This document shows, one piece after another, positions 1 through 8,129 of a stretch of 64,000 nt of DNA (position 1 is the stretch's first letter; each line of letters starts with the position of its first letter). A program made the translations under genes and the position numbers. The notes under the pieces were generated by a model, which worked only from the letters and a program-made list of their open reading frames with translations, was not told the origin of the DNA and searched no databases. The stretch comes from an uncultured bacterium (GTDB taxonomy: Bacteria > Eisenbacteria > RBG-16-71-46 > CAIMUX01), in contig CAZVYN010000008.1 in NCBI GenBank assembly GCA_964631125.1, positions 3,746 through 67,745 of the forward strand. The letters run 5' to 3'.

Positions 1-285
1 TGTGTGGATCGTTGTTTTGAAGCGCGGAGCCTATTCGGTGACCTCGTCTAACCATGGCTGGCCGCTCAGCCACATCCGCGTGGTGGTGTGGGATGCGGCG
101 ACAGCGCGAGAGATCGGGAAGATCGCCGGCGCGTGAGCGAACCCGACGCGAGGATCAACAGCGCGCTGTACTTCAGAGGAAACCGCGCCGTTAGCCGCGC
201 CGTTAGCCGCGTCGAAAGTCGCGTGAGTGGCGGCACTTGCCCCAGGCTGGGCAGACTGCCTGCCAACGTTGGAGCGAGTCGACGC

Positions 286-723
286 TTAGCGCCGCTTCTC
301 CCCCCGCGCCGCCCACGCGATCGCGAGGAAACAGACGATCAGCAACGCGCTGTACTCCATCCCGTTTCGTCCGGCCCCGACGACGAACCACCCTTCGGTC
401 CAGTGGACGAGGATGACGCCGATGGTCAGTTCGGCGGCGAACCAGAGGGCGAGGGGAAAGACGAAGCGGCCGAGCACCAAGAGCGCGCCGCCGAGAATCT
501 CGACCGCGGTCAGGAGCCAGGCGACGGCGACGGCGACGCCGACGCCGACGGGGAAGCCGCGTAGGCCGAGAAACTCACCGAAGTCGTCGACGGTCCCGAG
601 AGACATGCGGGTGACGCCGTGGATGAGCATCATCGCGCCCACCGCCATTCGGATCACGACCAGTCCTTGACGTTGCCGTCCGATCCGCGAACGGTCGTGA
701 CGTCCGCCGCTCTGAACTGCCAT
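286..723 (-). CDS. DoxX family membrane protein (BufD-like partner of MNIO systems)
   Basis: ORF 286..873(-). The C-terminal 145 aa show the DoxX signature (GFPVGVGVAVAVAWLLTAVEILGGALLVLGRF..., four TM helices). The start is placed at an internal Met (MAVQSGG...). The gene runs divergent to the DUF692 gene. Confidence 0.65.
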   Translation of the reverse strand: MAVQSGGRHDRSRIGRQRQGLVVIRMAVGAMMLIHGVTRMSLGTVDDFGEFLGLRGFPVGVGVAVAVAWLLTAVEILGGALLVLGRFVFPLALWFAAELTIGVILVHWTEGWFVVGAGRNGMEYSALLIVCFLAIAWAARGEKRR

Positions 724-1768
724 GACGCCTCCTTGTCCCCCCGGAGTGTCCCCTCGGAGTGTCCCGTCGGAGTATCCTCGCCCGACGATGAACTCCCCGT
801 CCCAGGCGCCCGAGTCCGCACTCTTCCTCGAGCGCGTGAGAACACTGCCCCATCTCGGGATCGGCGTCTCCACCGAATACGGGGCGGGCGATTCCGCGTC
901 GGCGCTGGATGTCGTGCGGCTTCGACGAGAGCACCCCGGCTATGCCGGGTTCCTGGAGATCGGACTCGAGGCCGACAAGGGGCTGGATCGCCACGCGCGC
1001 GCGTGGGTCGAGTCGGGCGCCGCGTGCACCTACCACTTCCTGGACATCAATCTGGACGAGCCGGAAGACCTGGACGACGACTGGCTTCGGCGCGCGCAGG
1101 AGATGGCGGACGAGATCCGGCCGGCTTGGCTGTGTGGTGACGCGGGGTTGTGGCACTTCGGAGGTCGTGAACGCGGCCACATGCTGCTCCTGCCGCCGGT
1201 GCTCTCCGAAGAGTCGGCTCGCGCGATGGCGGCGGGGATCCGTCGGCTGCGTGAAGCGACCGGGCGCGAGGTATTGCCGGAGAATCCGCCGGGCTCCGTC
1301 TACCTGGGCGATCTGCACCTGCTGGAGTTCTTCGCGCGCGTTTGTGAGTACGCCGACACCGGCATGCTGCTCGATTGCGCGCACCTCGCGATCTATCAGA
1401 TGACGCAGGGACACGCGCCCCTCACCGGGCTCGATCGCTTCCCGATGGAGCGCGTGGTCGAGATGCATGTGGCCGGTGGCACGCGGCGCAGCGTCGACGG
1501 CTACGAGTTCGTCGAGGATGACCACCGCCCGAACGTCTTCGATGAGACCTGGTCGATCTTCGAGCACGCCGTTCCACGGGCCACGAACCTCAAGGCGGTC
1601 GTCTTCGAGTGCGAGCGGAATCCGCTTCCCGACACGCTGGAGGGATTCGCGCGGATCGAATCGATTCTCCGGCGCTCGCCCGTCGCGCCGCCCGTCGCGC
1701 CGCCCTCCGCGCCGCCCGTCGCGCCGCCCTCCGCGCCGCCCTCCGCGCCGCACGTCGCGCCGCGGTGA
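722..1768 (+). CDS. DUF692 / multinuclear non-heme iron oxidase (MNIO, MbnB/BufB-like), TIM-barrel
   Basis: Motifs LGIGVSTEY...FLEIGLE...YHFLDINLD...AWLCGDAGLWHF...LLLPPVL...MLLDCAHLAIYQ match the DUF692 xylose-isomerase-like fold. An alternative start lies at 788 (MNSPSQ). The C-terminal 28 aa form a Pro/Ala repeat tail (PVAPPSAPP...). Confidence 0.75.
   Translation: MTPPCPPGVSPRSVPSEYPRPTMNSPSQAPESALFLERVRTLPHLGIGVSTEYGAGDSASALDVVRLRREHPGYAGFLEIGLEADKGLDRHARAWVESGAACTYHFLDINLDEPEDLDDDWLRRAQEMADEIRPAWLCGDAGLWHFGGRERGHMLLLPPVLSEESARAMAAGIRRLREATGREVLPENPPGSVYLGDLHLLEFFARVCEYADTGMLLDCAHLAIYQMTQGHAPLTGLDRFPMERVVEMHVAGGTRRSVDGYEFVEDDHRPNVFDETWSIFEHAVPRATNLKAVVFECERNPLPDTLEGFARIESILRRSPVAPPVAPPSAPPVAPPSAPPSAPHVAPR
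1677..1762. repeat. 12-bp tandem repeat x7 encoding (PVAP/PSAP)n at the MNIO C-terminus
   Basis: cccgtcgcgccg / ccctccgcgccg units. Confidence 0.85.
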
Positions 1769-1780
1769 GCGGGTGATTCG

Positions 1781-2656
1781 GTGAGCAACGTTCACCTCCA
1801 GCGGCTCGTCGTGCGCATGCTCTACGACTCGCGGTTCTCCGAATCGGTCTATTCCGATCCGGCGGCCGCGCTGGCCGAAATCGAACTGACCGAGGAGGAA
1901 CGCCGCTGGCTGACGACGCCCGATCGCCGCGCCTATCGCACCGACGCTGCGCGCCGCGCACGCTCGCTCACCGTCGTGATCGAAGAGTTCGCTTCCACCT
2001 GCGCCTATTGGATCGCCGCCGGACGCGATGCACGGGCGCTCGATGGATACTTTTCGTCGCGGGAGTTCCACGACGAGATCCAAGCGCGCGGGTCGTTGGT
2101 GAGCGGATTCGGCGCGTATCTCCTGTCACTGAACGATCAGCTCGAGGACGACGCCAAGAAGCGGGTCGCGCTCAGCGAATTGGCGGGACTAGAACTGGCG
2201 TTGGTGAAGTTGCGGCGGCGCTTTCCGTTGGATCCCAAGGGTCCGACGGCACACGGCGAGATCGGTCGCCTGGCCCTCCATCCCCAGGTGGAACTGTTCG
2301 ATTGCGCGGGCGGGACGCTGACGCTCTCGGTCGAGATCCGTCAGCGCCTGGGGATCCCGAAGGAGAATCCGGTCGAGGTGATGTTCCGCCCCGGATTCCG
2401 GTTGGACGGACCCCCCCACGGTCGCCTGCCCAAGATCGATGCGGGCGCGAGGGAGTTCCTGCTGCTAGAGTTCCGCGGCGGAGAAACGACGGTGGGGGAG
2501 ATCAGCGAGGAGCTGTTCCACCTGCTGACGGCGGCCCGGAGTCCAAGGACACGGGACGAGTTGGAGGCGGAGGCGATCCAACTGGGGGCCGAGCCGGACG
2601 AGGCGAACGAGATCCTGCAGGGCTTGATCGACGAGTCGATGTTGCGACCGCGGTGA
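1781..2656 (+). CDS. DUF2063-like protein (BufC/HvfC-type MNIO partner)
   Basis: GTG start 12 nt after the DUF692 stop and in the same frame. The N-terminus MSNVHLQRLVVRMLYDS...AAALAEI resembles a DUF2063 N-terminal domain. At 291 aa the size matches MNIO partner proteins. Confidence 0.55.
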   Translation: MSNVHLQRLVVRMLYDSRFSESVYSDPAAALAEIELTEEERRWLTTPDRRAYRTDAARRARSLTVVIEEFASTCAYWIAAGRDARALDGYFSSREFHDEIQARGSLVSGFGAYLLSLNDQLEDDAKKRVALSELAGLELALVKLRRRFPLDPKGPTAHGEIGRLALHPQVELFDCAGGTLTLSVEIRQRLGIPKENPVEVMFRPGFRLDGPPHGRLPKIDAGAREFLLLEFRGGETTVGEISEELFHLLTAARSPRTRDELEAEAIQLGAEPDEANEILQGLIDESMLRPR

Positions 2657-2761
2657 CCCCGCGGGAAGTTCGACGAAGTGAGACAGAACCGATGAAACGT
2701 TGCCCCGTCGTTTCCGTAGAGGCCTCCGCCGGCTGATCCAGCCGGCGAGCGCGCTGCCGGG

Positions 2762-5500
2762 ATGCGCGACGCTCTCCACTTCCTGAACATGAGAGATCGA
2801 TTCATGACGAAGCCCTCTTCGCGCGGCTGGTTCGCGACGGCCTGGCCCCTCTTGAACCTCTTGACCCTCTTGACCCTCTTGACCCTCTTGACCCCTTTGA
2901 CCTTCGCGGCGCTCTCGACGACGGCCGCCCTCGCGGTCGAACCGCGGGTCTACTACACGGCCCGCACCGACACGCCGCCCCACCTCGACGGCGCTCTCGA
3001 CGATTCGGTTTGGGACAACGTGGAGTGGGGCGGCGACTTCATCCAGCACGAGCCGGCCGAAGGTCAGCCCCCTTCCTGCCAGACTGCGTTCAAGATCCTC
3101 TACGACGACGACAATCTCTACCTCGCCTATCAGGCCTTCGACCCCGAGCCCCAGGCCATCTCGAGCATCTTGGGCCGACGCGACGACTTCCCCGGCGACT
3201 GGGTCGAGATCAACATCGACAGCTTCGACGACAACCGCACCGCGTTCTCCTTCACCTCGAGCGTCTCGGGAACGCAAGGAGACGAGTTCATCTCGGAGGA
3301 CGGCGACAACTGGGACGGCAACTGGGATCCGATCTGGGAGCAACAGACTCGCATCGACGACCAGGGGTGGACCGCGGAGGTCCGCATTCCGCTGGGACAG
3401 CTTCGCTACGCCGACAGCGCCGAACATGTCTGGGGCATCCAGGTGACGCGACGCATCTATCGACACGAAGAGCGCTCCGTCTGGCAGCCGGTCCCGAAGG
3501 ACGAAGAGGGGTGGGTCAGCAAGTTCGGCGAGTTGCGCGGCATCACCGGCATCAAGGCGCAGCGTCAGATCGAGCTGCTGCCGTACGCTGTCACGCAGGG
3601 AGAGAATTTCCCCAAGCAGGCGGGCAATCCGTTCGAGGACGGCAGCAAGGGTCAGGTCGCGTTCGGTCTGGACGGCAAGATCGGCGTCACCAGCGATCTG
3701 ACCGCCGACTTCACGATCAATCCCGACTTCGGGCAGGTCGAGGCCGATCCGTCACAGGTCAACCTGACGGCGTTCGAGACCTTCTTCGAGGAGAAGCGCC
3801 CGTTCTTCATCGAAGGGAAGAACATCTTCGAGTTCCGCGTCGCGCCCTCCATCGCGTTCGGCACGCACACGACCGATCGACTCTTCTACTCGCGTCGTCT
3901 CGGTCGCTCGCCGCACTATCGCGCCGACGGATTCGAGGAGGGGTACGTCGACCAACCTGGCGAGACGTCGATCGTCGGCGCGCTCAAGCTGACCGGGAAG
4001 ACGGCCAACGGCACATCGATCGGTGTGCTGGAGAGCGTGGCGGCGAGAGAGACGGCTGAGATCGATGTCGACGGCGCGAGGCGCAGAGTCGAAGTGGAGC
4101 CGTCGACCAACTACTTCGTAAGTCGCGTCCAACGAGATTTCCGCCAAGGCGACACGCGAATCGGCGGGCTCTTCACGGCGGTGAATCGGAAGATCGACAC
4201 GGACGAACTGAAGTTCGTGCACGAGGCGGCCTATACCGGCGGGCTGGATTTCTTCCACTACACGCCGGGGCGCAAGAACTACATCGCGGTCAATCTCCTG
4301 GCCAGCACGGTGCGGGGCGATGAGGCCGCCATCCTGGCGACGCAGACGGCGCCGGCGCGCTACTACCAACGCCCGGACAACAAGGGGCAGTCGGTCGACA
4401 GCACGCGGACATTGCTGGCGGGACATGGCGGTTCATTGCGGGTCGGAAATTCGCAGGGCAACCTGCGATTCGAGACCGGCGCGGCCTGGCGCTCCTCCGG
4501 CTTCGAACTGAACGACATCGGATACATGCGCAATGCCGACGAGATCAATCAGTTCTCCTGGGCCGGCTACGCCTTCCGCAATCCGTTCTCGATCTTTCGT
4601 CGGATGGATCTGAACCTGAACCAGTGGCTCGATTTCGAATTCGGCGGGGAGAATCTCTACCAGGCCCTGAACTTCAATACGAGCGCGTCGTTCCTCAACA
4701 ACTGGAGCTACAACGGCTCGGTCGCGCGTGAGAACGAGCGCATCTCGACGTATGAACTGCGCGGCGGGCCCTCGATCAAACTCCCTGGCGCGATCAGCGG
4801 CGACTTCGGATTCGACTCCGACGGGCGGCGGAAGCTCGCCTTCGGCGGCGGCGCATCGTTCAGTAGGTCCGACGATGAGGCGGGAAGCTCGAGCGGCTGG
4901 GGAATCGGCGCCTCTTATCGGCCGACGAACGCCATTCGCTTGCAGGTGGAGCCGGAGTACGAGCGGGGCCGGCCGGACATGCAGCACATCTCGCGGGTCG
5001 ACTCCGATGCCGGCTCGCGCTTCATCTACGGCAGCCTCGATCAGGAAACCTTTGCCCTGTCGTTCCGGGTCGACTACAGCGCGACGCCGGATCTCACGAT
5101 CCAGTACTACGGCGCGCCTTTCGTCTCGGCCGGCAAGTATGGCGACTTCAGGCGCATCACCGACCCGCGCGCCGAGAACTACGAAGATCGCTTCGACCGC
5201 TTCGGCGATCGCGTCGAGTTCGACGGGAAGAGCGGCCGGTACTCGGTCGACGAGGACGACGACGGCGTCGAGGACTACTCGTTCCGGAAGCCCGACTTCA
5301 ATGTGCGGGACTTCAATTCGAACCTGGTCGTTCGCTGGCAATACTCGCCGGGTTCGAGCATCTATCTGGTCTGGTCGCAGAACCGCGGCGGCTTCAACCC
5401 GGACGGCAGCTTCTCACTGAAGGACGATCTCGACGGACTCTTCGGCGTGCAGCCGCACGACGTGTTCTTGATCAAGGTGAACAGGTGGTTTGATCTTTAG
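2762..5500 (+). CDS. CBM9-like/DUF5916 domain protein (probable outer-membrane-associated hydrolase-like protein)
   Basis: N-terminal DOMON/CBM9-like region (DGALDDSVWDNVEWGGDFIQHEP...FKILYDDDNLYLAYQAFD...DWVEINIDSFDDNRTAFSF) followed by an approximately 650-aa C-terminal region. Long signal peptide containing an (LLT)n repeat. Alternative starts at 2789 and 2804. Confidence 0.6.
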   Translation: MRDALHFLNMRDRFMTKPSSRGWFATAWPLLNLLTLLTLLTLLTPLTFAALSTTAALAVEPRVYYTARTDTPPHLDGALDDSVWDNVEWGGDFIQHEPAEGQPPSCQTAFKILYDDDNLYLAYQAFDPEPQAISSILGRRDDFPGDWVEINIDSFDDNRTAFSFTSSVSGTQGDEFISEDGDNWDGNWDPIWEQQTRIDDQGWTAEVRIPLGQLRYADSAEHVWGIQVTRRIYRHEERSVWQPVPKDEEGWVSKFGELRGITGIKAQRQIELLPYAVTQGENFPKQAGNPFEDGSKGQVAFGLDGKIGVTSDLTADFTINPDFGQVEADPSQVNLTAFETFFEEKRPFFIEGKNIFEFRVAPSIAFGTHTTDRLFYSRRLGRSPHYRADGFEEGYVDQPGETSIVGALKLTGKTANGTSIGVLESVAARETAEIDVDGARRRVEVEPSTNYFVSRVQRDFRQGDTRIGGLFTAVNRKIDTDELKFVHEAAYTGGLDFFHYTPGRKNYIAVNLLASTVRGDEAAILATQTAPARYYQRPDNKGQSVDSTRTLLAGHGGSLRVGNSQGNLRFETGAAWRSSGFELNDIGYMRNADEINQFSWAGYAFRNPFSIFRRMDLNLNQWLDFEFGGENLYQALNFNTSASFLNNWSYNGSVARENERISTYELRGGPSIKLPGAISGDFGFDSDGRRKLAFGGGASFSRSDDEAGSSSGWGIGASYRPTNAIRLQVEPEYERGRPDMQHISRVDSDAGSRFIYGSLDQETFALSFRVDYSATPDLTIQYYGAPFVSAGKYGDFRRITDPRAENYEDRFDRFGDRVEFDGKSGRYSVDEDDDGVEDYSFRKPDFNVRDFNSNLVVRWQYSPGSSIYLVWSQNRGGFNPDGSFSLKDDLDGLFGVQPHDVFLIKVNRWFDL
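2849..2903. repeat. 9-bp tandem repeat (cctcttgac) x6 encoding (LLT)n in a signal peptide
   Basis: Direct repeats in the 5' end of the CBM9/DUF5916 gene. Confidence 0.8.
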
Positions 5501-5530
5501 TGCGTTGAGACCGCAGCGGTCTCAACGCAC
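5500..5530. terminator. perfect 15-bp inverted repeat with 1-nt spacer between convergent genes
   Basis: gtgcgttgagaccgc-a-gcggtctcaacgcac spans both stop codons. There is no clear U-tract. Confidence 0.4.
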
Positions 5531-7597
5531 CTCCCATCCCACCGAAACCCCGTCCTCTCCGTCCACCACTCCATGTGCGACATCCACCCGAACCTGCCCC
5601 TTCATCCCGACACTCCCCACTCGCACCCCCACGCCCCCATCCACCAACCACTCCGCGCGCCCGAACCCTCCCGTCTCGCACGGCCTCGCCGCATCCACGA
5701 ACAGCGCCCCCCCGATCCGCACCGGCCCCACGCTCCACAGCCACCGCTGGTGCTCGACGCTTCCATGCGCGAGCGCGCGGCCGAACGCGTCGCCGTCGAT
5801 CACTCGGCCGTCGTCCAAGAGCGGATGCGCACGCAGTAGCAGCGTGCGCCCCTGCCCCGTACCGGCGCCCGGCCAGAGCGCCAGTGGCGCGCGCGAACTA
5901 GCGGAAGCCACGCCGACACGGCCGCGCCACGCGCTCCACGCGTCGACTCCGGCCGACCGCCACACGGCAGAAAGGCCGACCGTGTAGAACGGCGCTTCGC
6001 CGTCGAGGTCCGTCCAGTGGGCGAGTTCGGCAGTCAGTGCGAGTCGATCCCGCGCGGCGCGCTGTTCGAACGTTCCGTCCACCGAAAGGGATGCGTCGCG
6101 GCCGTTCCACTTGTCGAGCGCGGCGCCGAAGCGATAGCGCAGGCTCGGAGTCGCCCAGTCGGAGAACGAGACCGAGCTTCGGCGGCGTTCCTCGGGGAGC
6201 GGCGAACGATCGGAGGAGCGCAACGAGTCGTCCGCGGAGGCCGCGCGAACGTACGACTGCTCTTCCCAGAATCCCGCGACGCGCCAGACGCCGGGTCTTC
6301 CGGCGACACCTGGCATGTCGAGCGAGACGGAAACGCGCGGGCGCTCTTCCCACCACCTCCCGCCCACGCTCCACCGTTCTCCATGGCCGATGAGACTGAC
6401 CACCGAGAGTTCGATCTCTCGATCGACCGCGGCCTCGACGCCGAGGCGGACGACATCCCAACGGCTCGCGAAGAGTCGCGGACGCTCGAGCACCGCAACG
6501 TCGATCTGGGCGACGTCGTCCGAGGTCGGCCGCACGGAGAGGCGAGCGGCGGAGAGCGCGGGTAACTCCTCCAGGCGACGTTGCGCAAGGCGGAAGTCGC
6601 GGCGCGTCAGCATCTCGCCCGTTGGGAGGTCGAGTTGATTCGTCACGGCGCGGTAGCGAATGGAGGAGAGACCGTCGACCTTGACGAGATCGGTGCGCGG
6701 GGCCGAGACCGCGTTCCAAGCATCGAGCGCGCCGCCGGTGTCGCCAGCCAGGTAACGGCTACCGGCCAAAAGTCTCCACGCTCGAGCATCGCGTCGATCG
6801 ACGGCGACCGCCTGCTCGGCCAGCTCGCTCGCGCCGATCCAGTCCTCGGAGAGAAAGCGCAGGCCGGCGAGTTCGCGCAGCGGAGCAGAGGATTCCGGGC
6901 AGAGAGCGGCGGCCGCGCGAAGTGTCGTTTCCGCGTCGACCCGCGCGCCGCGCTGAGCCTCGGCAATCCCACGGTCGACGATCGCGCCGCATCCGTCCAA
7001 CGAGTCGAAGGAGCGCGTCGCGGCGGAGTCGACGGGAGCGACCGCAGCGAGTGTCGAGTCGGTTCGCGCGCTACTTCCCGCAGGCGGCAACGCGGTCAGC
7101 ATCCACCGCCCACTGCTCGCCCAGGCGAGGTCGAACTCTGCTTCGCGCAGGACGCGATGGGGCCCGGAGTTCGGATCGTGAACGATGACGCCGCCGTTCG
7201 CCCAGGCAACGACCACGACATAGTGCAGGGCGCTCGAGCTCATGCCGATGGCGCTGCCGACGCCGAGCAGCGCGATGACCGGGCGGCCGCGATCGAGTTG
7301 AGTCTGCGCGGCGTCGGCGGATCCTGCCTCGACCAACGCTGTCCATCCGCGTGACTCGACGGCCGCGACGAGCGATGTGGTGGAGATCCCGGCGCCGTCG
7401 GGTTCGAGGAGGTCGGCGAAATCTTCGGCGTGAACGCCGTCCTCGCCCCAGAAGCGGAACACCATCGCGACGGCGGCGCCGCCGCAGAGAGCGGGGCTTT
7501 GCGGCACGTAGGGCGCGTCGAGAAGTCGGACCGCGCCGGCCACAGAGCAGAAGGCGGTCGCCGTCAGCAAGACGACAACCGCCACCCACGATCTCAT
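5522..7597 (-). CDS. secreted multidomain protein: peptidase C39-like (papain-fold) domain + TPR repeats + POTRA-like/beta-barrel C-terminal region
   Basis: Signal peptide. YVPQSPALCGGAAVAMVFRFWG with HYVVVVAW and HDPN forms a C39_2-type Cys/His/Asp triad. A TPR-like segment follows (AWRLLAGSRYLAGDTGGALDAW). The C-terminal 300 aa have alternating beta-strand character (IDVAVLERP..., GVGVRVGSVGMKGQVRVDVAHG). Confidence 0.55.
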   Translation of the reverse strand: MRSWVAVVVLLTATAFCSVAGAVRLLDAPYVPQSPALCGGAAVAMVFRFWGEDGVHAEDFADLLEPDGAGISTTSLVAAVESRGWTALVEAGSADAAQTQLDRGRPVIALLGVGSAIGMSSSALHYVVVVAWANGGVIVHDPNSGPHRVLREAEFDLAWASSGRWMLTALPPAGSSARTDSTLAAVAPVDSAATRSFDSLDGCGAIVDRGIAEAQRGARVDAETTLRAAAALCPESSAPLRELAGLRFLSEDWIGASELAEQAVAVDRRDARAWRLLAGSRYLAGDTGGALDAWNAVSAPRTDLVKVDGLSSIRYRAVTNQLDLPTGEMLTRRDFRLAQRRLEELPALSAARLSVRPTSDDVAQIDVAVLERPRLFASRWDVVRLGVEAAVDREIELSVVSLIGHGERWSVGGRWWEERPRVSVSLDMPGVAGRPGVWRVAGFWEEQSYVRAASADDSLRSSDRSPLPEERRRSSVSFSDWATPSLRYRFGAALDKWNGRDASLSVDGTFEQRAARDRLALTAELAHWTDLDGEAPFYTVGLSAVWRSAGVDAWSAWRGRVGVASASSRAPLALWPGAGTGQGRTLLLRAHPLLDDGRVIDGDAFGRALAHGSVEHQRWLWSVGPVRIGGALFVDAARPCETGGFGRAEWLVDGGVGVRVGSVGMKGQVRVDVAHGVVDGEDGVSVGWEVR

Positions 7598-7608
7598 GCG
7601 CTGGGAGC

Positions 7609-8028
7609 TCAGCTCGTCAGCAGGATCAAGATCAACAGGATGATGATGACCGCGGTGGCCGAGATGACGATGTTCTGTCCGCCCACGCTTTCGTCGAGTT
7701 GGACGACCTGCGCGGCGAGATCCGCGAGTTCGCTGCCGGAGAGAACGGCGGCGGCGGCGTTGGCGCGCGCCAGGTCGATTCCGGCGGCGCCCGCGATCTC
7801 GCGGACTTCAGCACGTTGCAGCAGCTGCTGAACGGCCGCCCGGTCGGCGCTCTCGCGATCGAACTGCTGATCGATCCGCGCCTGGATCGCGCCGGCGTCC
7901 ACCACGGACCTGGTCTCGACGGGTGCGTCGTTGCGAGGTTCACTCGCCTGGCTGCCGACGGCAGATGAAAGAAGCGCAGCGGCGGCGAGGACGAGGGGGG
8001 CGACGAATGCGTGGGACACCTTCATGGG
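7609..8028 (-). CDS. hypothetical secreted/C-terminally membrane-anchored protein
   Basis: Start at MKVSHAF (signal peptide). Ala/Gln-rich helical middle region. C-terminal hydrophobic anchor IVISATAVIIILLILILL. Ends 11 bp before the downstream C39/TPR gene. Confidence 0.4.
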   Translation of the reverse strand, partial: PMKVSHAFVAPLVLAAAALLSSAVGSQASEPRNDAPVETRSVVDAGAIQARIDQQFDRESADRAAVQQLLQRAEVREIAGAAGIDLARANAAAAVLSGSELADLAAQVVQLDESVGGQNIVISATAVIIILLILILLTS

Positions 8029-8129
8029 ATTCTCCTTTTGACAGAACGCGAACACTTTACGACCCGGGCCGCGCGCCCCCACGCGGCTGTGGTTTGGATC
8101 ATACGCCGGACGGCGGGAGTCCCCAACCG

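Noticed and set aside
575-2083. 502-aa minus-strand ORF overlapping the DUF692 and DUF2063 genes
   Set aside because: It is an antisense, Arg/Gly-rich, low-complexity translation typical of high-GC DNA. The sense-strand genes have clear family signatures.
2693-2737. 14-codon ORF MKRCPVVSVEASAG downstream of the DUF2063 gene as an MNIO precursor
   Set aside because: It is too short, has a single Cys, and has a weak RBS. It is mentioned in the findings only as a marginal candidate.
3010-4059. 349-aa plus-strand alternative-frame ORF inside the CBM9/DUF5916 gene, and many similar R/G/P-rich ORFs throughout the track
   Set aside because: These are frame-shifted shadows of real genes in a roughly 69% GC sequence. 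They show no domain signatures and have extreme Arg content.
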